Shown here piece by piece: positions 13,752 through 26,476 of a stretch of DNA of 64,000 nucleotides (position 1 is the first letter of the stretch; each line of letters opens with the position of its first letter). The position numbers and the translations under genes are program-made. This stretch comes from Haliotis cracherodii (Eukaryota). The stretch covers positions 3,472,001 to 3,536,000 of the forward strand of contig NW_027266284.1 of assembly GCF_022045235.1 (NCBI RefSeq), in the 5' to 3' direction. Below the pieces are notes generated by a model. The model was not told the DNA's origin and searched no databases. It was given only the letters and a program-made list of their open reading frames with translations.

Positions 13752-13762
13752 GCCGCAAATGA
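13752..13762 (+). CDS. whitnin: Whitnin precursor, terminal coding exon (G-R-K-stop amidation/cleavage signal)
   Basis: catttcAG|GC CGC AAA TGA; phase-compatible with exon 3, giving ...CMRS-GRK*; AATAAA lies downstream at 14106. Confidence 0.8.
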
Positions 13763-14105
13763 GGTAGTGGCTGCACCAAATTGATGACATATCAGTTCTC
13801 TATTACGTCACCTCTTGTCTCGTGTGTATATTTCGCCATCTTTCCCCAACTGTCATGAAAGTACATCTGACTGAAGTAAATGGACTGCCGCAATAACCCC
13901 ATCGATTCATTAGAAATTTCACATACATATTAATCTACAACAGTAGATTACCAAAAACAGCTGCATCTAAAGAGGAAAGTCCAGAACGGAGTGTGTTACA
14001 GCCGACGTCATAACAACATCGATGACCTTGAACTTGACCCACTTTGACCTGTCGCTCTCGTTAAGCCTCTGTATTAATAAGCCTCATGGAGAGTTTGTCA
14101 TTGTT

Positions 14106-14111
14106 AATAAA
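14106..14111 (+). promoter_or_regulatory. Probable polyadenylation signal of whitnin
   Basis: AATAAA about 340 nt after the stop, followed by a GT/T-rich downstream element. Confidence 0.6.
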
Positions 14112-14221
14112 GCATTGTTTTGCGTCACTATTTATGTGTTATGTTGTGAAATACTGTGAAGTTTTTCATTGCAGTTTCACACTCGCATAACGACAACTAC
14201 TTTTGGTTATTCATTAATGAG

Positions 14222-14368
14222 AGGGGCGGTAGGGTAGCGTTCGTCTGTCATGCTGAAAACCCGGGTTCGATTCAGCACATTGGCACAATGTGTGAAGCCC
14301 ATTTCTGGTGTCCCCCGCCGTGATATTGCTGGAATATTGCTATAGCGGCGTAAAACCATACTCACTCA
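14222..14368 (+). mobile_element. tRNA-derived SINE, family B ((CTCA)n tail)
   Basis: B-box-like GGTTCGATTC, body GTGTGAAGCCCATTTCTGGTGTCCCCCG, 3' tail GCTGGAATATTGCTATAGCGGCGTAAAAC-(ACTC)n; fragments also near 34940 and 39810 (-). Confidence 0.75.
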
Positions 14369-16312
14369 AGCAGTCATTAATGAGAAGGTTGAATACCGTG
14401 TTGAGATATCTTTTTTCCACATCACAAATGATGGAGATCTGGAACAGAACTGAATATTACACGTCATTGTGTAATGCAATGCAAATCCTCTAATTCATAA
14501 TTTATGATGCCGTTACTGTCAATCGGGAAAGTTAACAAAGACAGTTTGGGTCAAAGACAAAAGGTCCCACTTTCAGAATATATATATATTCTCAGGTTCC
14601 TCCTCAAATATATATGAGCGAGGTCTGATCACCATTCAAATACACTGTCAGAATATCTTTGTGACGTTTGACCAAAACAAACAACCAGCACATGGCAGGA
14701 TATAAAAATACTGTTCAAACACACTCAATCACTACACCAACTCGCTGCATAGGTAGATCGTCGTTGGCAATAACTGACGAGTCGATCAGGGATTCGAACT
14801 CACAACAGTCGTATCCTGGCAGCTAAGGGACATAACTCGTAATCAACATCGATCTTGACGATCACCAGCGTCCTGTCTTGCATGACGTCATTGTTGTGTT
14901 TGATAAACAGAGTTGAACATCCCTTGATTAGGTAGTACTGTGGCGTGTCTGATCTTCATTCTATCTCGGCAGATGCACGAGGCATCGTTTTACTGTTCCG
15001 TCCCTACTCTATGACAAATTTAATTTTGTAATATTAATTAATACATTTATATCTTTAACTATCAATAAATCGAATTAGTGATATAAAAAACATGAATTAT
15101 GATATGACAAATTGTTTTTAAATATCACAAATCCATTAAAGAATCCAATTTGTGAGGATAATAATGTATTATCCTTCATTGCATGTAAATAAACTAATGG
15201 CCAACCATATTATCTTTCACGGACATCACTCATTTGAATTCATGGCTGAATTTATTTCTGTGAATTATTAAAAAAGGTTTCAAGGCTTTACGCCTTTTAA
15301 TATGATAAACGTGACATTTAACCTAATCCACAGAGGCAAGGGAACAAACAACCATAGTTAAGAGGTATTTTAATAATATAAATTCACCAAGAACTGAAGA
15401 TATTTGTAATATTAACATACATCAGATATTTAAATATCATGAAATATTTCTTTAAATATAAAATCCATTTAGTGATATCATAAATACATTTATAAATTCA
15501 TTTATTGATATCAAAAAATCAAATTTGTGACGTCATTTATTGGTTTACGATATCATAAAATTCGAACTATTTGTATGAATAATTCATTTTGTAATATCAG
15601 TAAATGAATTATTGATTTCATAACGTGTTGCAAACATGTAAGACGGGGCTTCATACAGGTGGCATATCACACAGCACACTACATCCACTTGTTCATATTG
15701 GCGTGGCAGTCATTGACGAGTTAGTGCATATGATCAACTTCTTTATCAAACAGTAGAGACATTCGATGTGGATTTGAACTCTACCATTTGCTGGGTGACG
15801 GCTGTGAATAAATAAGTTGTTCCATCCGTACAGTCTTGTCAGTGTATGCTATGTGCTTGGGTTATTGTGTGCCGCACTGTGCAACTAAGCAATATTTGTA
15901 TAATATGCAATTCCGTATCCGAATAGATAGTGTATGACAGATGGGAGACAACACTTTTAGACGTATTACACCAGATGGGAATACTACCTTTACCATGGGA
16001 ACACTTTAGCTAATTAGACAAGACAATTAGGTCTGGGTCACAATGGATGGCGTTCTACAAACTGTGTTGTCGGATGACTGCACGATTTGTAACAACAATT
16101 TGTTATTAAATATAGTAGAAGACGTAGAGAAAACCTATTTTGTTTCTGAAGGTATGTCAAATATTGGTACAGATGCGTCCTATTGACACCTATTCCCAAT
16201 ATGAACTCACCAGTTACTGCCCTGCCATCTGACGGAGCTAACGTTGGGCATGTTGCGCGCTGAATGGGTGACCAGCAACAACTGACTTGCGTGTCTACAC
16301 ACGCAGTTCCTA

Positions 16313-16550
16313 CCACGATGATCCGGGTTAGAATTGATTTTAGCAACTAATGATTGTCGTAAGATGCGATTATTTGGAGGAGGAGATCAGACTTGGTCGA
16401 CAAATGTCTTCGTATCCAATATGCGTAGATCGATGCTCAGGATGTCAGCCACTGGATTGTTTGGTCCAGACTCGGTTATTTACAGACCGCCGCAATACAG
16501 ATGGACTATAGCTGAGAGCTGCGTTAAACAACAAACAAACAAACAAACAC
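16313..16550 (+). mobile_element. SINE family A, diverged copy
   Basis: Similar to the 63296 copy along its length; (AAAC)n tail. Confidence 0.8.
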
Positions 16551-16594
16551 ATACGGTTCCTGACACAAAACTGAACCCATTCGAGACGTTTGTC

Positions 16595-16690
16595 TAAATG
16601 AGGGGTGATACATCATGCCCAGTCGAAGATTCGAACCCGCACCTTCTGCGAGGCGATCCACCGCTTTAACCCCCGGGCTGCACCACCCTC
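16595..16690 (-). mobile_element. tRNA-derived SINE head fragment
   Basis: Reverse complement GGTGGTGCAGCCCGGGGGTTAAAGCG...GCGGGTTCGAATC has A/B-box-like motifs but no complete cloverleaf. Confidence 0.55.
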
Positions 16691-17744
16691 CCTTCTGCTT
16701 GAAAATCCTTCTGTCAACATCAGGTAACATAATGCATACATTCAGCTTTGGGGAGCACGTGGACAATGTCAAAGCTATGCCGTTGACACAATGGACTAGG
16801 TCTTGATCAACACTTGGTAGAAACCTCTCTGAAGCTATGAATATGCATGACTGAAATTATTTCATTTCTTACGATATATTCATTATTATAAACATAAGCC
16901 TTGAAAGAAAACAGGTTGTTAGCTGAGATTAGATAAACAAAGGTGACCTCATTTTCGTGATCCTGACGAAGCAACTCAAGAAGCAATAATTAAGTCTGAG
17001 CTTGAGGGCTACAGTTCACTCGAGCAATCCCCAGGGTAATGGCACGATGTGGTAGCCAAAGCTCGATTGATTTGTCGTCAGAGTTTTTCAAAAAGTGGAG
17101 ATCCGATTTTCAAGACTGCAAGATTTTGATATTTTCTCTCGGAAAATTTAATATCTCCTAAAATGAATGCTAATAATTAAAAATTATTGATTTACGAGTT
17201 AAAGGATTTCCCTTCTTCGCATACTATATCAGCGAGTTATTGTTACCATGGTTTCTAATTGACAGTTTCAGCAGGAAAATAGTTTATGAAATTCTTACAA
17301 AACGTATAAAGTATTTTAGAAGAAGGAATATCTTTAAGGAACAATAATTCGCCGGGACTACAATGATAGTGGGCTTCAACTGTAACAAAATGCGACATTT
17401 TATATTGGGTATGTACTTTCGAACCGGTCCCAGTTTGAAAATGATAGGCACGTCATGCCACTTGACAGTGCAGTATCACCTCGCCATGGCACCGGAAACA
17501 TCTTTAAGTGTGTCCACACATAGAGCGAACAAAACAGTTCGAGTCAGCAATGTTGATGTCAACACGTTTCTCTATTTCTCTTCTTTCCTTTCTATAAAAA
17601 AAGTATTAATTATGAATAAGCATACAAGTTAATCTATGGGAGAGGGCGATCTAAGTTGGAATAACTTTTCTCCCAGTCCTTTGTATAAACAATGTTTTAA
17701 CTAACTAAAGACACAAATAACCGTCGATGTGACTGAAGACAGTT

Positions 17745-19590
17745 ACATACAGAACGTATAGTTTAGTACCGTATTAACATACAGAATGTACATTATGGTG
17801 CCGTATTTACATACAGAATGTACATTATAGTGCCGTATTTACATACAGAATGTACATTATAGTGCCGTATTTACATACAGAATGTACATTATGGTGCCGT
17901 ATTTACATACAGAATGTACATTATAGTGCCGTATTTACATACAGAATGTACATTATGGTGCCGTATTTACATACAGAATGTACATTATGGTGCCGTATTT
18001 ACATACAGAATGTACATTATAGTGCCGTATTTACATACAGAATGTACATTATGGTGCCGTATTTACATACAGAATGTACATTATGGTGCCGTATTTACAT
18101 ACAGAATGTACATTATAGTACCGTATTTACATACAGAATGTACAGTTTAGTACCGTATTTACATACAGAATGTACATTATAGTACCGTATTTACATACAG
18201 AATGTACATTATAGTACCGTATTTACATACAGAATGTACATTATAGTGCCGTATTTACATACAAAATGTACATTAAAGTGCCGTATTTACATACAGAATG
18301 TACATTATAGTGCCGTATTTACATACAGAATGTACATTATAGTGCCGTATTTACATACAGAATGTACATTATGGTGCCGTATTTACATACAGAATGTACA
18401 TTATAGTGCCGTATTTACATACAGAATGTACATTATAGTGCCGTATTTACATACAGAATGTACATTATAGTACCGTATTTACATACAGAATGTACATTAT
18501 AGTACCGTATTTACATACAGAATGTACATTATAGTGCCGTATTTACATACAGAATGTACATTGTAGTGCCGTATTTATATACAGAATGTACATTATAGTG
18601 TTGTATTTACATACATAATGTATTGTGTACAGTACCATATTTACATACAGAATGTACAGTATATCATACCATATTTACATACAGAATTCCGGTATACAGT
18701 ACAATATTAAAGTACAGAATGTGCAGTATAAAATACTGTATTTAAATTAAGAATAAATATTTTTATAGTACAATATTTACATACAGAATGTGCAGTACAT
18801 AGTATCGTATTTACATACAAATGTATGGTATATAGTACCATATTTACATAAAGAATGTAGAGTATAGTACCGTATTTACAAACAGAATGTACAGTAAATA
18901 ATATCATATTAACATACAGAATGTCGAGTATAGTACCGTATTTACATACAGAATGTACAGTAAATGATATAATTACATCCAAATATTGAGTATAGTACCG
19001 TATTTACATACAGAATGTACAATCTACAGTACCGTATTTATAGAATGTAGAACATAGTACATAGTACCATATTTACATACATAATGTAGGGTATAGTGCC
19101 GTATTTACGTTCAGAATCTTCAGTGCAGTACCAAATTTACATATAGAATGTATAGTATAGTACCATATTTATATACAAAATGTAGAGTATAGTACCATAT
19201 TTACATATAGAATGTATAGTACAGTACCATATTTATATACAAAATGTAGAGTATAGTACCGCATTTACATATAGAATGTATAGTATAGTGTCATATTTAC
19301 ATACATAATGTATGGTATAGTTCCTTATTTACATACAGAATGTATAGTGTATTACCATATTTACATACAGAATGTTTATTTCAGTACTATATTTACATAC
19401 AGAAGGTATAGTATAGTACCATATTTACATACAGAATGTTTATTTCAGTACTATATTTACATACAGAAGGTATAGTATAGTACCATATTTACATACAGAA
19501 TGTATAGTATATTACCATATTTACATACAAAATGTATAGTACAGTACTATATTTACATACGGAATGTATAGTACAGTACCGTTTTTACAT
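17745..19590. repeat. 32-bp satellite array (about 57 copies; homogeneous 17780-18600, degenerate beyond)
   Basis: TTTACATACAGAATGTACATTATAGTGCCGTA repeated; explains the ORFs at 17850-18982. Confidence 0.97.
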
Positions 19591-19644
19591 GTCAATCTTG
19601 GAAGTGTATCAAATGGCATTTGCAAGTCATACTGCCATAACAAA

Positions 19645-20078
19645 ATGGCTTATGCTCAAGTTAATGTTCGATTTGTTGCTAACCCCCGAGGTGGACAGAA
19701 TTTAGTTTTCAACGGACACAGATTCCGAATTAAGAACAGAAGAAACACCACCATACGTTGCTGCAGGAAGGACTGTCCGGCGACAGGAGAGAAGTGTGGA
19801 ACCATTTTGGGACCCTGGGTTCCAGGACAACCAATCAATCAGAAGGCTGGCACTCCAAGCTGAAGAAATCGGGTCCAAGTCATCCAAATATCTTTAAATT
19901 TATTGACATTATCAAGAATGAACAATCACGCTCAGAGACATTATGGTTGCAAATTCATGCCGGAGGACGACTGCCACCAAATTGACGACAACATCCTGAT
20001 AGAGAAGGACAACTTGTTGACTGGCAGACTGACACCAATTGAATAGGCTGACGCTGTGGCTGAATATTTTGGATTGTG
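19645..20078 (+). mobile_element. Internally deleted Mutator-like (MULE) transposase remnant (FLYWCH-like N-terminus fused to the C-terminal motif)
   Basis: RGGQNLVFNGHRFRIKN...RCCRKDCPAT (FLYWCH-like), then after a frameshift WNHF...RTTNQSEGWHSKLK...HPNIFKFIDIIKNEQ (MULE C-terminal RTNNxxEGWH/HPN motif); DDE core absent. Confidence 0.75.
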
Positions 20079-21924
20079 AACTGAATATTTCTGCTGTGAA
20101 GTGAATTTGAAATGTATATTTATTTATGCAATACGTAAACTATCAGTATGACATATATGAAATTTTATGAAATATATGCTTCTGTAAAGTGAATGTACTG
20201 TTGAAATGTATACGAAATTTTATGAATCTAACAGATAGTAATTTTCTCTTTATAGACATGCAACAGACTATAGGTAATCCCCCTATTGTTACCCACTGAA
20301 CCACGGCTGACTGCATCTGTACCCTGTAACAACAGGGGAGGGCACAGTGAGGTGTTCCCACCTGGAATAGTGTGCGGGGTTAACATAATTCACGCGCTCG
20401 GCGATGACTGACGGTCATGCGCAGTGCGTGTAAAACCATTCTAACAAAGACGACTCATCCAGTTTGCGCGCAGCGACAGTAAATTACGATTTTGTGTCTA
20501 TTTTACTGCCCAAGTCCTTGAAATGTCTTTTGAAAATAATGGTTTATTTAAATCCTATTACATAATAATAAACCTGCATCCGCGTGTCACAATTTACGGT
20601 GTTTATCAAGATTTAGGCTACGCGACTTTTGCACTTGCTACAGTAAATAACGCTATTCAAGTTACAAGTCCATTCATCGATTTTTTTCTTGATATTTACG
20701 GTCTTGAGATCACGACCGACCAGTGTATTTGTCGCAGGTTCCCTAGAAAAGAGGAAAGCCCTTCGTCCATACATGTCGGGAAACAGTTTAAATTATCGCA
20801 ACGTTGAGACCATTTTGGGATGAAAGGAACTGCTGTGTCTCTTTGCATCACAGGCAAATAATCCCCTGCCGAACGTATGCCATCCTCTTGAAGGCGCTAA
20901 AGCTATATCTGTTAAGCGAGTGATCACCATCTGCAAGCGTCCCGTAGATTCAGATACAAACTTAATTTGTAGAAACGTCGTAGACCGGGCATGTTCGGTG
21001 GCTTTGATCTTTCTTTTTTTCCTCTGGTGAACTTTGCAGAGGTTGAATTGGAAAGATACAACAGTTTTCACAATTCCCTGTACGTTGTCATTTTGGTAAT
21101 TGAATGGAGAAGATATTGATCACTGTGACAATACGCAGTGCCCACATATATGTTTATATCAACACTAACACGAAATGAATGCGGACATAAATGTCGCCGA
21201 AGTCAAGGATTGTATAGTTTATGAATAAAAAAAACTTTCTAGAGACTAAAGTTAATATGTTATTAAATATCTCTGACAAATGTTTGTGAGATTAATGTCC
21301 TGTGACATTTACCATACCGCTCTAATAGATTGCTTCAGTTCAATATCAGACGGACATTAAAATGCGCTTGAAACGTCAATGTATTTTGCAAACAACGAAT
21401 TTAAGAAGTCGCAGGGTAAAGTTGACTCACAAAATTACGCAAATATTTGCTTACTTGTTAATTCCTAACAGCGATACCAAGTATTGACTTCAAACAAGCA
21501 GTATAGATTGCGAGTTTCAATCAATCAACAGCCCGATGACATCAGATCCAGCTGTCTGGGTTGGATGTAAAGTTTCTGTTAACGCGGGATGGGAATAACA
21601 AAACACTGGGAGACAACTCTGTCCTTGTAATGACAGAAATGAGGCATTCTGGGATGACATGAATCAGATATGATTGTCAATATATAAATATATATATATA
21701 TATAGTGTGTATAAACAAATGCGCTGATTTTGTTTTCTTTTTATTTGCCGATCGTGAAATCGAAGTGCTGGTTCCTTTTATGGAGGGCGGAACTTGCCTT
21801 TGTTGTGTACTCGTGGTCCTGAATCTGGAACTGACTTCACATTGGTGTTGATATTAATGTAGTCATCATCCTTCTGTTCTCTTAGATGTTTTTTTTTTAA
21901 TTCGATAAAACGAAACGACATGCA

Positions 21925-22495
21925 TACACGGACAGTGCGTTTCTACTTTGTGGCCTTGATGCAGGACATTAAAACCTCATTGCAGCGGTGGATGTTTGTG
22001 AGAATGTTACACAAACCTCGTTTGGAACAAACAAAAGCAGTTATTGCCTGGACTCGCGCTCCACAGAGTAGCGTCATTATGGTGACACCGAACACTTGGA
22101 ATAGGTCCATATACAGCATCAGATATATCCAGGCCAACAAACCTGATCTTGTCCCTTTTGATAATTCCAATGAAATCAGTTATATCACTGAATTTTCTGT
22201 CCCTTTTGACAGTAATGTGATTGACAAGATTGAGACAAAAAAATGGCAAATATGCAGACCTCGCTTGCATACCAAGTACCAAGTTGTCCGACTCCCCATT
22301 GTTCTCGGTCCCATTCGCTGTCTGGACTACGTGTAGAGGGGGCAAGGGCCCTGAGCTGATGATGAGCCTAACCAGGCTGACTGTGCCAGGACCACCCAAA
22401 CCCTCTTTGCTGCATTTTTTTAAATTTTAATCTGTAAATAATAAATACAATAACAACAACAACACCAACAATGCAACCTCAACAACAACAACATT
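21925..22495 (+). mobile_element. 3' fragment of an RLE-type (R4/NeSL-like) non-LTR retrotransposon
   Basis: NKPDLVPFD...ITEFSVPFDSNVIDKIETKK/GKYADL/YQVVRLPIVLG matches a PD-(D/E)xK restriction-like endonuclease with frameshifts; ends in an AT-rich UTR and (AAC)n. Confidence 0.75.
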
Positions 22496-23987
22496 GAGAG
22501 AGTACCCGGGTTTGCTACCAGGAATACAGCCCTTCTGACAATCTAGATAAGGGCCCTGAGCTGATGATGAGCTTAACCAGCCTGACTGTGCCAGCGTGGT
22601 GCGGTGATCTAGAACACGAAACCACTACCAGCAGATCCTGGAACGGAAGAGAAGCAACTCTTGGATAAGTGACTACATTCCTAATTGGCCGTTTCCAGTT
22701 TGGCCTTGACATTTGTTATTTTTGGGGTAGACAAATTTCGGGGTAGACAAATTCTACAAGTTGATTTACATCCGTAAGTAACGACGTTACGCATGCGCAC
22801 CATAACCGGATATGGTCCTGATCTGTAGCTCATTTCTTGGCCGCCGAGTGTTGGTAAAAGCGCCCAGCTTGCCGCGTGAACTAACAGTGGAACCAGTTTA
22901 CTTGGATTGCCGGGCCAGCAGTTACCTAAGGAATGGGACTCAGGGAATGAATACTATCGACACAAGTTATCACAGACATAAATTCTCGAATAAAGAAAAC
23001 CGTTTGTGTGGAACCTAGTTCAGTTGGCTGCAACACACTTGCTTCCAGCATCATATTCTTAGCCATTCTTAGTCTAAATGCCTTTGTTTTGGATATCTCA
23101 ACTACAGTAAGTTTACACCGTGGTTTATCAAAACGTCCGTTTCAACCCAAATTCCTAACATGTTTTTGTGGGATTGTGGGAGGAAGTATTTACGTCGTGA
23201 CTGAAGCTTACAAAATGCTTTGATGAATCCAAGTGTTTATGGAAATAGTACGAGAAACAACTATCATCCTAAATACATCTGACTTAATGTTCATAAATAA
23301 AGCTGGTATTGTGGAAAATACAACCTGATTAAGTGTAGTGAAGTGAGCTATAGGAGTTGTTCACACGAAAGAAAAAACCTCATTCCCCCGACTGTTGAAC
23401 GTTCTTGAGCTAGCGGGGTGATGGATTGAAAGCAAAACTATCTGCGGCTAGTTGCAATAGGCTGAGTTTTGAAATCATTAAAATCTCAAAACTGTAAAAT
23501 CAGCCTCAGAAAAAGACCCGATGATACATTTCATAGGATTGGCAGAATTTCTTTTCATGTCTTCGAAATATCATTGTCTTTTTTTATGTCGGGCGATCCA
23601 CCTTTTTACTTTGATATGGAGTAGCTGAGTGACCCAAGTGCATCTGCTCTGACATTCCGTTTTAAGCATTGACAGCTGATAAAGTTTAAAAGGTTTACAT
23701 AAAAATATCAGAGCTTTGAACTGTCTTGTATAAAACATGCTCGTGAGAGTCAACACCTGACAAAATGGGGAGTTTAAAATCAAACTATATGACATTCAGG
23801 GGCGTCCATGAGACAAGCTGCAATTAACGGTCACGGGATTCAGACCAGGTGCCAGGAAGCAGTTCTTACCATGATTAGGAGCACTTTCGGGAAAGTCAAT
23901 TCGACAAAGGCGGGGAATAATAATACGAAGGACATCAAACGTACAGACAATGTGTCAACCAGACATGTACTGTCATTATTTAATTCC

Positions 23988-26476
23988 AAGGTCAGCCTAA
24001 CCTCGTAGTCTCTGCACTCTCATCCCCAGGTCAGCCTTGCCTCGCACACTCTACACTCTCATCCCCAGGTCTGCCTGGCTACTCACCCACTACATCCGCA
24101 TCTCCAGGTCAGCCTGGCTACTCACGCTCTACATCCGCATCTCCAGGTCAGCCTGGCTACTCACCCTCTACATCCGCATCTCCAGGTCAGCCTGGCTACT
24201 CACGCTCTACATCCGCATTTCCAGGTCAGCCTGGCTACTCACCCTCTACATCCGCATTTCCAGGTCAGCCTGGCTACTCACTCTCTACATCCGCATCTCC
24301 AGGTCAGCCTGGTTACTCACGCTCTACATCCGCATCTCCAAGTCAGCCTGGCTACTTACCCTCTACATCCGCATTTCCAGGTCAGCCTGGCTACTTACCC
24401 TCTACATCCGCATTTCCAGGTCAGCCTGGCTACTTACCCTCTACATCCGCATCTCCAGGTCAGCCTGGCTACTCACCCTCTACATCCGCATTTCCAGGTC
24501 AGCCTGGCTACTCACCCTCTACATCCGCATTTCCAGGTCAGCCTGGCTACTCACTCTCTACATCCGCATCTCCAGGTCAGCCTGGCTACTCACGCTCTAC
24601 ATCCGCATCTCCAGGTCAGCCTGGTTACTCACGCTCTACATCCGCATCTCCAGGTCAGCCTGGCTACTCACCCTCTACATCCGCATTTCCAGGTCAGCCT
24701 GGCTACTCACCCTCTACATCTGCATCTCCAGGTCAGCCTGGCTACTCACCCTCTACATCCGCATCTCCAGGTCAGCCTGGCTACTCACTCTCTACATCCG
24801 CATCTCCAGGTCAGCCTGGCTACTTACCCTCTACATCTGCATCTCCAGGTCAGCCTTGCCTCGCACACTCTACATTCTCATCTCCAAGTCAGCCTGGCTA
24901 CTCACCCTCTACATCTGCATCTCCAAGTCAGCCTGGCTACTCACCCTCTACATCCGCATCTCCAAGTCAGCCTGGCTACTCACGCTCTACATTCTCATCC
25001 CCAGGTCAGCCTTGCCTCGCACACTCTACACTATCACCCCAAGGTCAGCCTGGCCTCGCACACTCTACACTCTTATTCCCAGGTCAGCCTTGCCTCTCAC
25101 ACTTTACACTCTCATAGCCAGTTCAGCCTGGCCTCTCAAACTCTACACTCTCATAGCCAGTTCAGCCTGGCCTCTCACCTTCTACTCTCTCATCCCCAAG
25201 TCAGCCTGGCCCCACACACTATCATCCACAGGTCAGCCTGGTCTCGCACCTTCTACACTATCATCCACAGGTCAGCCTGGTCTCGCACCTTCTACACTAT
25301 CATCCACAGGTCAGCCAGGTCTCGCACCTTCTACACTATCATCCACAGGTCAGCCAGGTCTCGCACCTTCTACACTCTCATCCACAGGTCAGCCTGGTCT
25401 TGCACCTTCTACACTACCATCCACAGGTCAGCCTGGTCTTGCACCTTCTACACTACCATCCACAGGTCAGCCTGGTCTCTCACCTTCTACACTACCATTC
25501 TCAGGTCAGCCTGGTCTCTCACCTTCTACACTCTCATCCCCAGCTCTACCTGAACATGTTACACTCTCATCCTCAGGTCAGCCTGGTCTCGCACCTTCTA
25601 CACTCTCATCCTCAGGTCAGCCTGGTCTCGCACCTTCTACACTCTCATCCTCAGGTCAGCCTGGTCTCGCACCTTCTACCCTCTCATCCTCAGGTCAGCC
25701 TGGTCTCGCACCTTCTACACTCTCATCCCCAGCTCTACCTGAACATGTTACACTCTCATCCTCAGGTCAGCCTGGTCTCGCACCTTCTACACTCTCATCC
25801 CCAGCTCGACCTGAACATGTTACACTCTCATCCTCAGGTCAGCCTGGTCTCGCACCTTCTACACTCTCATCCCCAGCTCTACCTGAACATGTTACACTCT
25901 CATCCTCAGGTCAGCCAGGTCTCGCACCTTCTACACTCTCATCCTCAGGTCAGCCAGGTCTCGCACCTTCTACACTCTCATCCCCAGCTCTACCTGAACA
26001 TGTTACACTCTCATCCTCAGGTCAGCCAGGTCTCGCACCTTCTACACTCTCATCCTCAGGTCAGCCAGGTCTTGCACCTTCTACACTCTCATCCACAGGT
26101 CAGCCTGGTCTCGCACCTTCTACATTCTCATCCCCAGCTCTACCTGAACATGTTACACTCTCATCCTCAGGTCAGCCAGGTCTTGCACCTTCTACACTCT
26201 CATCCTCAGGTCAGCCTGGTCTCGCACCTTCTACACTCTCATCCCCAGCTCTACCTGAACATGTTACACTCTCATCCTCAGGTCAGCCTGGTCTCGCACC
26301 TTCTACACTCTCATCCCCAGCTCTACCTGAACATGTTACACTCTCATCCTCAGGTCAGCCAGGTCTCGCACCTTCTACACTCTCATCCTCAGGTCAGCCA
26401 GGTCTCGCACCTTCTACACTCTCATCCCCAGCTCTACCTGAACATGTTACACTCTCATCCTCAGGTCAGCCTGGTC
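23988..26476. repeat. Composite 39-bp/33-bp minisatellite array with two subfamilies and higher-order structure
   Basis: Unit A CCAGGTCAGCCTGGCTACTCACCCTCTACATCCGCATCT (to about 24990); unit B CAGGTCAGCCTGGTCTCGCACCTTCTACACTCTCATCCT interleaved with 33-bp unit C containing CTCTACCTGAACATGTT. Confidence 0.97.

Noticed and set aside
22340-22630. CTGATGA motifs as hammerhead ribozymes
   Set aside because: No correctly placed stem II/GAAA/UH geometry; the motif lies within the RLE element remnant.
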